Shown here: piece by piece, positions 1-9,265 of the stretch | Layout: every line of letters starts with the position of its first letter | Position numbering within the stretch: the stretch's first letter is position 1 | From: Rhizaria sp. SCN 62-66 | Taxonomy: Eukaryota | Direction: 5' to 3' | Length of the DNA: 21,714 nucleotides | NCBI GenBank assembly: GCA_001724265.1 | Contig: MEDY01000275.1 | Location: 62,001-83,714, forward strand | Notes under the pieces: model-generated | Database searches by the model: none | The model's input: only the letters and a program-made list of their open reading frames with translations | What the model was told of the DNA's origin: nothing | Position numbers and translations under genes: made by a program

Positions 1-1
1 A

Positions 2-1921
2 CTGCGCGGTGTGCGCCGCCGTGGCCGCATTGATAGTGGCCGCCTCGCCGGCCGCCACACGCACAAGCGCCGCGGCGAGGCAGCCCACGACGTCGGCAAG
101 CTGCGCAGGCGACAGCGCATGGGCCGCAACCAGTCCCGCGATCGAGGCCGCGGGGTCCGTCAGTTGCGCCTGCGTGAAGAGCACGGCCGGCGCGGCACCC
201 GCCGCGGCGCCGCGCCGCCCGCCCGCGCCCGCGCCGCCCAGCCCGCCCAGCGGCCCGCCGACGGCGGCGCCCGCGTCAGCGTGGCTCATCATGCCGCGCG
301 CGCCGGCGCCGTCGAGAGCCAGCGCGCCGCGGCGGCCGTCGCGGCGGATCTTGCCACCGTCCCCGCTGGCCACGGCCACAGCGGCCGCCAACGAGACGGC
401 ACTCCCGTCCTCGTCGCCCCCCGCGGCGCCCCCGCTGCCGCCGGCCGCGGCCGCTGCCGAGGACGCCGAAGCGGAGGACCCGGCGGCGGCGACGTTGTGC
501 TGCTGGAGCAGCTGCTGCTGCAGCGCCGAAAGTGGCGCGCCCGAGGCCGCGGCGACAGTGGCGGCCTTAAGCGCGGCGATCGTGGCCGCGTGCTCCAACA
601 CCGCGACGCAGAGCCCGAGCGGCGCGTCCAGCGGCGGCTGGTCGTCGACCGCGCCCGAGGCACCCGCCGCCGCCACCAGTTTCGCCGTCGCGGATGACAT
701 CGTGGGCGCAGACGCAGATGACGCGGCATGGGTACCTGTGGCACCAGTGGGGGTCGCGAGGTCGGCGTCGTCGGTCATGGCGGACGCGGACGAGGGGAGC
801 AGCCCGTCGTCCTCGCTCTTGGCGCTGCCGCTGCCGTCCGCGGCGCTGAGACCGCCGCTGCTGGTGCCGTTAGGGTCGGCTTTGCAGCCGTGGCCGCCGT
901 CGAGCGCGAGCGCGGTGGTGACGATGCCGCCGCAGCGGGCCAGCGCCTCCTGCATCTGCCCGGCAGCACGCGCGTGCTGCAGCTGCTTGGCTGCCGCGCC
1001 GGGGCTAGCCACGGCGGCGGCCGCGGCGGCGGCAGCCGCGGTCTGCGCCTGCACGTGGCGCGACACGCGCGAGCCCGCCAGCGTCAGCGGCGCCGCGGGC
1101 TGCGCGGGCGCCGCGGCAGCAGCAGCGGCGGCGGTGGCGGCGGTGGCGGCGGTGGCGGCGGTGACGATGGAGCGGCGGTGCAAAGCAGGGGACGGGCCCT
1201 CGCTGCCGGAGCCAGGGCCGGGTGTGCCCGCGCCCGCGGACAGACCGGCGCTGTTGCCGTTTGTATTAAGGTGTCGGTGGCCAGCGGCGGCGGCGGCGGA
1301 GGCAGAGCCAGGGGTGTGGCGGGTGAGGGCGGCGGCCGCGGCGGTGGCCGTGACGCTCGCCAGCGCGGGCGACACGCCGTGGTCGTGACCGTGACCGTGG
1401 CCGTGGGCGCCGGTGCCGGTGCGGGAGGCGGAGAGCATGGCGGCCGAGTGTGACGCGAGCGCGATCGCTGACGCGGGCGCGCCGTGACTGTGTGCGAGCG
1501 AGTGCGCGTGCGCGGCGGCATGGAGGCCGTGCGAGGACTGGCGCGAGGGCGGCGTCACGGCGGCGGGCGCGGCGCCGGCGACGAGGAGCTGCTCGGGCGG
1601 GGACGGCGCTCTGCGGAGCTCACCAGCCAGCAGCAGCCCGGCTGCCGTCTTAAGGTACCCGGCGCTGGTGAAGGCCAACGACGAGTGCGGGCTGGGCGGG
1701 TACGTGTGCGAGTCTGCGGCTTCGCTCGCGGCGGAGGACGACGGCGGCGTGGCTGTGCCCGGGACGGGAGCAGAGAGGCCGTTGCTGGCGTGCTGGGCTC
1801 CTGTCGCGGGGGAGAGCTGAACTTGGTGGTGGCTGTTGAAGTCGCCCTTTGAGTAGGGGCGTTTCACTACCGGTTGGACATCACCAGGACGTCCGGAGGA
1901 GGAACCTGAAACTTCCGACAT
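2..1921 (-). CDS. Ala/Ser/Gly-rich hypothetical protein, 5' part only (at least 640 aa, runs off the left edge)
   Basis: Manual translation from ATG at 1921 (MSEVSGSSSGRPGDVQPVVKRPYSKGDFNSHHQ...) is open to position 2 (...TINAATAAHTAQ). It is absent from the ORF track because there is no stop in the window. GC3 is high, and a pyrimidine-rich leader precedes the ATG as in neighbouring genes. No family recognised. Confidence 0.8.
   Translation of the reverse strand, partial: MSEVSGSSSGRPGDVQPVVKRPYSKGDFNSHHQVQLSPATGAQHASNGLSAPVPGTATPPSSSAASEAADSHTYPPSPHSSLAFTSAGYLKTAAGLLLAGELRRAPSPPEQLLVAGAAPAAVTPPSRQSSHGLHAAAHAHSLAHSHGAPASAIALASHSAAMLSASRTGTGAHGHGHGHDHGVSPALASVTATAAAAALTRHTPGSASAAAAAGHRHLNTNGNSAGLSAGAGTPGPGSGSEGPSPALHRRSIVTAATAATAATAAAAAAAAPAQPAAPLTLAGSRVSRHVQAQTAAAAAAAAAVASPGAAAKQLQHARAAGQMQEALARCGGIVTTALALDGGHGCKADPNGTSSGGLSAADGSGSAKSEDDGLLPSSASAMTDDADLATPTGATGTHAASSASAPTMSSATAKLVAAAGASGAVDDQPPLDAPLGLCVAVLEHAATIAALKAATVAAASGAPLSALQQQLLQQHNVAAAGSSASASSAAAAAGGSGGAAGGDEDGSAVSLAAAVAVASGDGGKIRRDGRRGALALDGAGARGMMSHADAGAAVGGPLGGLGGAGAGGRRGAAAGAAPAVLFTQAQLTDPAASIAGLVAAHALSPAQLADVVGCLAAALVRVAAGEAATINAATAAHTAQ
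1128..1163. repeat. 9-bp tandem repeat (gcggcggtg)x4, encoding (Thr-Ala-Ala)x4 on the - strand
   Basis: Four perfect copies read directly from the sequence. Confidence 0.9.
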
Positions 1922-3343
1922 GGGAAGATCCGAGGCTGGAGAGAAAAGCGGGGAACGAAAGGGCGGGGAAACGGCGGCATACAAACGGAAGGTGAGGGGA
2001 GAGTTGACGGCAGCCGAAGACGAGGGACAATTTTGGCGCATATGACGAAGCTCTCAGGAAAGTATAAATCGTGTTCAAATAGTACTGGACAGTAAGAAAC
2101 ATCAGGGTGACGTCATTGTTTCAATATAGGTCTTCTTTGAGCGGCGAAGTCCGCGGAAAAAAGGGGGGCTCTGCGGACGAGGGGGGGGTTGTTCGTGCAC
2201 TTTGTCGGGAGACCGCCCGCCCACTACCGTGGGCGCGCCAAATCAAAGTAGATGTGGGAGAACTCACAGCACAAAAAGACGCCGGAAAAAAACTCTATAG
2301 CTGATGATGGCATTCTCTATGGCACCTGAGAGATCAAAACAACTTGCTCCCCAGATGGCTGAGAGCGCCTCTCGAGCCGGTGGTGCGGCTGGCAGCTCGC
2401 TACTTACACGAGAAAGGCATTTTTTTGTGTTTGTATACTTGCAGTCATGCACGCACTATTGGTTTTAAATAGAGCGCACTAACTACTTATGTATATAACC
2501 AGTCATATGGTTAAACCGTGTGGCTTAATGGAATATCAAGTCTGTTTAAGCATCCATCTCGGTCGAACGTCACTTGCTGATGCTGGTTGTCCACAAATGC
2601 AAAATTACCCCACGTATGTTCCGTGCAAAAAATGGTTTTCGAGGTTTCTATAATTTGTTTTCATATATGAGCGATGTTGAAATCCTTTTGAGTCACCGTG
2701 GTGGCTCATATGTCCCATCTTGGCCTGACTTGCAAGGTTCTTCATGTCTCTTCCTGATCGGATTTCCGGTATAGTACACCAGACGCATAACCAAACGGCA
2801 CGGGTGCGCTATAGTATCACATTTACGCTATTTCAAACGAATGGTGCTTGCTATGAGTTCTTAGCGTTTACTTTTTCAACGCTCATCAGCCCTTAAAGTG
2901 CAATCCTAACTCGAAATGACCGTGAGCACATGCGAAGGAGAGAGATATCTCATCTAAGCAGCCAGACTGACTAATACTACGCTAACAGCTGTGTATGCCA
3001 CAATGAAATCGCTCTAATCGTTGGAGGATTACGTGCGACTCGTTGTCTAACCTCTCATGTATCTGGATTTGACTAATTTGAAGGGTGACAGGCGCTGCTG
3101 TTGTCAAAATAGTCCAGCAAGCGTTCGTGGTGGACATCAATCTCAATGTTAAGCTCGCTGATGTCACCGCGAATCGACATTTGGACTATGGGAGTGGCGA
3201 TGTCTTGCTGGTAAAACCTACCTGCGCTAATAATATCACCTCAATCCCTGTCTATCCTGCCCATTTCTTCCCCCTTCAGACACACCACTTCTCACCAGCG
3301 ACGCGATCACCACTCTCAACGAGCCGCCTGTGCCTGCGTCACA

Positions 3344-5521
3344 ATGGGCCAGAGCTTATCCTTTGATGTTGAGGATCACCGCGGTGAGTACTATATTGCG
3401 AGCTCTCTCAAGTCCGCCCTCATTGCGAAGATTGCGGACACACGCTGCTCCTTCGCTCCCAAGGTTCGTCCCTTGCTCCCCTCGTTATCCATCACCTCTC
3501 TGCCCACAATTACTTCAATCAACTCCGCGCTCACTGCTCTTTTGTCCTAACACTGCCTCGCCTTGTTTCTACTTTAAACCGCGTCGATCCACTCTGATAC
3601 CACTGACGCGCGCTGCTCCAGGGCTCCCGCGACCGCGCGCGCAGCCTGATCACGACGCTGCCGCAGCTCTACGCCGACGTGGCCTACCTCAACACGCACC
3701 TCGCGCCGCTCTTCACGGACCCGCATCACTCCCACGAGCCTGTCTCCGCGCAGAACCCCGTGCCCGCGCGCCGCTGGTGGTTTGAGGTTGCGTGCCGCGT
3801 CCCCGCGCGCGCCGCGCTGGCCATGGCCCGCGCCGAGGTGACCGACGAGGGCGAATGTTGGCATCGCTGCAACACGTTCGTCGTCACGGCCGCGCTCATC
3901 CCCGTCGCCGCCGCCGCCTCCGCCGCTACTGCCGCGGCCGCCGTCGCCGCAGCGTCCGCGGCTGCGGTCGCCAACGGCAGCGGCAGCGGCGTCCGTCCGG
4001 CCTACTCGAACAGCAGCTCTCTCGCATCTCCCAACAACAACAACGGTGGCGGCAGCGACGCGGCGGTGTATGCGCTGCGGCCCAGCGAGTTCTACGCCGT
4101 GTACCTCTTTATGCTGGACCAGTCCGTTGTCGTTGCCAGCCCAATGCACACGCCCGTCGTCGGCGCCACCGCCGCGCACGCGCCCGTGCCGCCCGAGTCC
4201 GCACACGCGACTGCTCATGAGTCTGCTCATGCCGCTGCTCATGTCGCTGCTGACGCGACTGCTGCGAGTGCGGGCGCTGGGAAGTACGTCGCCAGCTCTG
4301 CGCCCGCGGCTGCCGGCGCCGCGGCTGCGGAGGCTGACCAGGATGCGATCGCCATCATTCCCAAGTCAAGCGCTCTGGAAGAAGTGGAGGAGGAGGAGGA
4401 TGGTGCCAAGGCTAACGGCAAGGGCCAGAGCAACAACAAGAACAGCGGCAAGGACAAGGGCAATGGCAAAGGTAAGGGCAAGGGTGGCAAGGGCGGCAAC
4501 ACCAACAGTCAGGGCAATACGGACAGCGACGAAGGCAAGGACAAGAAGACTGAGTCTGCCGCCTCCGCCACGACGGCCACTGACGCAACGCCGGCGCAGC
4601 CTGAGCCCGCCGCCGAGCCCGCCGTTGCGTCGCCGTCGGCGTCGTCGGTCGTGCTGACGGCCGAGGAGGAGGAGGCCGCCGAGCTGTGCGCGATCTGCTT
4701 TAACAACAAGGTGTCGACCGTGCTGCCATGCTCGCACGCCTTCTGCAACGACTGCCTCGACGGATGGTACGAAACAGACTCAAACAACCCAAAGACACCC
4801 GTGTATCAATGAATATAACGCTTTGGCATATTATGTTGTTTTGATGCATCTGAAAACTCTCTCACATTTTTAATCTTTTCCGAAATTGTCTCCTTTTTGC
4901 GCTGTGTCACACAGGACCAAGAGCAACATGAACTCATCTAACAGCAACCGCAGCGCCCCCCTTGGCAGCGACCCCGGCGGCGCCGGCGACAGCGAGGCCG
5001 CGGAGGAGACCTGCTGCCCGATGTGCCGGGACCCCACGGCTGGCTCAGCGCACCGCTACGACCTCGTCGACAAGGACGACGGCCGACAGGTACGCGGGGA
5101 AACCAACCATGTTAAACGATCATATTTACGTGATTTGACGCTTTTATATTGAATTGTGAAACTGTTTTTACTTGTGTATATGTATCACACTTGCCAACGC
5201 TATTATGTCCATTTGTTTTCCTTTTTTATATTCCTGTTTTAGTTCGTGATTGACAACCTCATCGCCCGCCTCCGCGCCTTCATCAAGAAACGCCCGACCG
5301 TCGCCCTGCGTCCCGAGCCTGCGCCCGCGCCGAAGCCTGCGTCCATGCCCGCGCCCGCTGCTGCTGCGGCTGCTGCTGCGTCTGTCCCCGCGGCTGTGCC
5401 TGAGGCCGCCTCTCCGCCAGCGAAGCCCGACTCAGAGTCGGCGGTCGCTGCTGAGGATGTCAGTTTTTCCATGGATAACGACAAAAGCAGTGGGAGGGCT
5501 CCTGAGAGCGACACCAAGTGA
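3344..5521 (+). CDS. RNF141-like C3HC4 RING-finger E3 ubiquitin ligase, 4 exons (3344-3463, 3622-4766, 4915-5089, 5243-5521), 572 aa
   Basis: Three GT-AG introns join the ORFs in frame. N-terminus MGQSLS fits Gly2/Ser6 myristoylation, and RNF141 begins MGQ. Segments LYADVAYLN...WWFEVA...LRPSEFYAVY resemble the RNF141 N-domain as I recall it. RING is CAIC-x11-CSHAFCNDC-x37-CPMC. Ends in TGA. Confidence 0.8.
3464..3621 (+). other. Spliceosomal intron 1 of RING gene (158 nt, phase 0)
   Basis: Donor AAG|GTTCGT, branch-like CACTGAC at 3601-3607, acceptor CTCCAG|GGC. Splicing keeps the frame. Confidence 0.65.
4767..4914 (+). other. Spliceosomal intron 2 of RING gene (148 nt, phase 2)
   Basis: TG|GTACGA...ACACAG|G rebuilds the conserved RING Trp codon and joins the two halves of the RING. 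AT-rich. Confidence 0.85.
5090..5242 (+). other. Spliceosomal intron 3 of RING gene (153 nt, phase 0)
   Basis: CAG|GTACGC...polypyrimidine tract...TTTTAG|TTC. AT-rich and frame-preserving. Confidence 0.85.
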
Positions 5522-6046
5522 AAAAGTTAACATGTATTGATGTTTTACCTGACCATATCTGTCTCTGTGTCAATGTCTGTGTGACTCGACGTGTCTGTGT
5601 CCAGTGTACCATACCTATCAGGCCAGTGTAATTGTTACCGTCACAAAAGCTCAGAAATTCTGCGAATATGTTGCATGCGCGCTCAATTTTGACGAATTTA
5701 TTTTTTATTTTCCTCTGTAATACCGCATTTCAAGCAAAAGTACAATACTTTTTTTGTTATGATGCTGTTGTTTCTTTTGCTATGATTTTTTTGTCAAGTT
5801 TTTTTGTCAAGATCAAGAAACTTTTCATTTTTAAAAATTCTTTACTCATAGACCATCATAATTTCAAAATAAAACTTTGTTATTTTGCATAGATAATAGT
5901 ATATTAAGATTACCACATATATTACAACTCATATTGTATCATGTTCACGCAACGAATACTCAAAAAGCACTGTTCTATTACATTCCTGGCCAGCATTCGC
6001 TCTCACCTCCAGCCACTTACAATCCATCACTCTGTCAGTGATCTGC

Positions 6047-8398
6047 TCAGTTGTCCCACTCGGAGCCGTCAAAGCCGATGAAACCGGTGGCGAGGAAGAG
6101 CGGGAAGAAGTGCTTCTCGGGCAGCTGGTTGCACCAGTTCCATGCCGACGTGAGGCGGCCATCGATGCAGCTGCCGGCCTCGAAGTAGTTGTCGCCGCCC
6201 GATCCGTCAAATGCGAACTTAAAGAAGTCCGAGAGGATGACCCGGCGCGCTTGCTTGCGCGAGCCGTAAGCGGTGTGGATGAGCACCGGAAGGCGCTTGT
6301 TGGGGATGCTGTCCTCGTCCAACACGCGGTCCAGCCCCTTGAGGCACAACACCACGGGGGCTAGGATCTTGGCCACCTGCGGAGAAACAAAACAAACAAT
6401 AAAGAACCAACGAAAAGGAGAATTGAAAAAATATATGTGAGTCTGTAGCATAAATGTTTGTTGGCAATTGAGTGTTGAATGTGTCAATGATGTCGGAACG
6501 AAAATGTCTAAGAGTCATTTGTTTGCGGTTTTCAAGAGTGCTATAATATAACCATGACGTACCTGGTTGTACTTGTCAATGAAGGCGTATGCGTTGGGCA
6601 CGTTCTTGTCGCCCAGGTGGATAACCGAGGACCCGACCCAGTTGCCGGCCTTGACCTGGGCCGCGTTGACGAGACTGCGCATGGCGCGGTCGGTGCGCGG
6701 CGCCTGCTGCAGCCGGTGCAGGCCCTGGCCCGTCTGCGTCAGCGTGTACGGGTTCGGCGCCGACAGCCCCCCCAGCTCGCCGGTCACGTCCAGCAGGTCC
6801 AGCTCGGCGAGGGACCAGAAGCGGAAGAAGTCGTCGAGCAGGTCGCGCCAGAGGCAGAGCGACTGCAGCACGAAATGGTACTGCGCAGCGTGCGAGTGCG
6901 TCAGGCGCGCGCCGTCGGCGCCCTCGACGATGGCCAGCGATGTCGTCTCGTCGTTCGGGTCTGTCTGCACGGGCGAAAAGAGCGACTTCAGGTAGTCGAT
7001 CAGCGTGTTGCAGTGGTCGCGGCTGTCGTGCAGGAACGAGTGGTTGTCGGTGATCGAGTAGAGCGCCATCGACAGCGTTTCGCGGTCGATCTCGCGCGAC
7101 GTGTACCGGTCCAGCAGCTCCTTCATAGCACTGTCGCGGCACGTCTTGTCCTACTGAATCGCGATGCGGTCGCGCCCGTGGTGCGCGATGATCTGCGTCG
7201 CGACGGCCAGCAGCGGGTCCCTCAGCACGCCCAGCGCCTTGCGCTCCTCCAGCAGCGAGTACACCGTGCGCACAGGGCGGATGCAGGAGAAACCCAGCTG
7301 CTCGCGGACCTCCTCCTGCTGCGTGTCCTGGAGGAAGAACATGAGCTGCGCGTAGCTCAGCCGCATCTTCTCTGGGTTGCGGATCTTGTGGCGCCGTCCC
7401 AGCTCGAAGATGTTCTGGAAAAAGGGCGCGAACACAGTCAGGTCGGCGCCCGCGAGCACCTCGCGGCCCACGCGCGTGTCGCCGCCCGCGACGAGCGCGG
7501 TCAGCACTGACACAACCTCGAGCACGCACGCGCGGGTGCGCGCCGGCTTGCTCTTGAACTCCTTGTCGACGCGGTCGGCGTACGAGGAGGAGCGCAACAC
7601 ACCCTGCAGCAGCCGCAGCAGCTTGCGCTCCTCGTGCGTCAGCCGGAGCGGGATGAACTTGGACCGCTCCAGAAACCACTCCGGCTGCGGCATCTCGCCG
7701 CGCCAGAAGGCCGGGAGCGAGCCCGCGTCGGCGGCGATGCGCTCGGCGTGGCGGAGCGATTCCTTCTCGCTCATGGCGTCCACCGCGGCGGTCGACGCCG
7801 CGTCCTGCGCCGTCGTCAGCGCAGAGATCGCGGCCGCGGAGGCGGAGCTATTCGAGGTCGTCACCGCGCCGCTGCCGTCCGCCGCGTCGGCGTCGGCCTC
7901 GTCCACGGCGGCCGCCGCGCCGGGGGCGGCCGCCGCGCCGCCGAACAGCTTGGCAGGGACGGGCCGGGAGGCCGAGACCGGGAGCGGGCGGTGCAGCGCG
8001 CGACGACCCTTGCGGTGGTTGATCTCAAAGCAAAGCACGCAGAAGGCGTCGCCGCACTCGCCACACAGGGCGTCCGAGGGTGCAGCCTCGCACTCGCAGC
8101 AGACTGCGTGGTCGACGGCGTCGACGGCGCCGACTGAGGCTGCGGCAGCAGGGGCGGCGGCCGAGTCCGTCATGGGCTGCGAGCCCAGTAAGGAGACGCT
8201 ACCGGTCTCAGCGTCCTCGTCGTAGGCGGGCTCGGTGGACTGCAGGATGGCGTCGAGCGTGCCGCCCTGGCTATTGCTGTTCTTGGAGTTCTTGAGCAGG
8301 AACTTGAGATCGAAGTACTGCTGCTTGACGTTCATGTAGTCCGTCGCGCCGAACTGGCTCGGTCCGGAGCCGCCGTAGAAGGAGAATCCCCCAAACAT
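6047..8398 (-). CDS. UPF0652/DUF2009 family protein with N-terminal B-box zinc finger, 2 exons (8398-6563, 6376-6047), 721 aa with in-frame TAG at codon 416
   Basis: Family motifs ERSKFIPLRLTHEERKLLRLL, RRHKIRNPEKMR, GARLTHSH, WVGSSVIHLGDKNVPNA and FDGSGGDNYFEAGSCIDGRLTSAWNWC. ORFs 7151-8398 and 6515-7126 share a frame and are separated only by TAG plus 8 codons. Ends in TGA. A possible acceptor AG at 8409-8410 leaves the true start slightly uncertain. Confidence 0.9.
6377..6562 (-). other. Spliceosomal intron of DUF2009 gene (186 nt, phase 0)
   Basis: On the - strand CAG|GTACGT...TTGTTTCTCCGCAG|GTG, giving FIDKYNQ|VAKIL, which matches the family motif. AT-rich. Confidence 0.9.
7991..8101 (-). 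other. B-box-type zinc finger within DUF2009 gene
   Basis: CCECEAAPSDALCGECGDAFCVLCFEINHRKGRRALH. Confidence 0.85.
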
Positions 8399-9265
8399 CC
8401 GCGGGGGTCTGCAGTAAAGAGCGCAGGCAAGTGGTTAGGAGGAGTTCGGAGGGATGAGCGAAGTGAAGCAAACTTCGGTGGTGCATGAGATTGGTGAGTG
8501 CGCTTAAAGAGACTCTGTAGACAGATAACCGCAGGAGTTTGCGGGTTTATTCACTAGTTTATATAAAAAACCACAATTTAACCCAGATTCAGTTCGGACG
8601 TTTCATATAACGACGAGTGTCTCCCATAATGGCGCGTCTACGAAAGTCAACATCTCGTTCGTCCTCTTTGTACGCCAACCACAAACTGCACAGCTTCACT
8701 GTGATTATACTTTTTTTCACATGTATACACACCAGGATCATTAAAGATCATGCTTATTTCGAGATATAATATCAAAAACATAATTTCCTTGGTTAAAATA
8801 GATAATTTATTTCAGACTCATGTGGTTGTAACATGTCGGGCTTGTCGAGGAACCCAAGTGCGACGCATCAGTAACGAGCAGTCGCATGGAGAGAAACAAA
8901 CAAAGACACACAGACGCAGCCCCTGTAAAGATCAGATACTGGACGTGCTTTGAATAGCAGTAGAAACAATCAGGATAGCTGATATACATAGAAAACAACA
9001 GTGACAAGGCATTGCACAAATTGGCACCAACATGTACACATCAAAGCAGTTTGTTCACATGACAAGAACTACTCCCAACAAAACATTCCAAGACAGAACA
9101 AAGGATATAACAAGGAGAATCAAAGCAAGAAAGGACGACTTCGACGAAAAAGAGGTTTGGATTTTAGATAACAGTGACACTCACGATGGCAAGCACGGGC
9201 AGCGACTTACCTCGTCACAGTGCACACACATGCCTTCGTTCGTGACGGACGACGACGTGCGCCGT

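Noticed and set aside
9-1453. Long + strand ORFs (9-1388, 11-697, 728-1453) and many similar overlapping or antisense ORFs across the window, e.g. 17881-19686
   Set aside because: These are shadow ORFs caused by stop-codon scarcity in very GC-rich coding DNA. They overlap better-supported genes and give Arg/Pro-rich or mirror-image translations.
2264-3366. Short ORFs in the 1.4-kb divergent spacer (2574-2774, 2982-3167, 3085-3366)
   Set aside because: They lack the high-GC3 codon style and have no recognisable motifs. The frames I checked are still closed by TGA or TAA if TAG is read as sense.
7131-7154. Formal 24-nt GT-AG mini-intron (GTAGGAC...CGACAG on -) that would remove the TAG in frame
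   Set aside because: It would delete 8 residues of a helix that aligns without gaps to DUF2009 homologues as I recall them. It is GC-rich, has no branch or pyrimidine tract, and its donor differs from the four real introns. Not fully excluded without cDNA.
6047-8398. Pseudogene reading of the DUF2009 gene, or A-to-I editing of UAG to UGG
   Set aside because: No other lesions are present and motifs are intact on both sides of the TAG. Trp does not fit the polar, variable column at that position as I recall the family.
3344-8398. Convergent RING ligase and B-box gene as a functional ubiquitin cluster
   Set aside because: Adjacency in a compact eukaryotic genome is not evidence of shared function.
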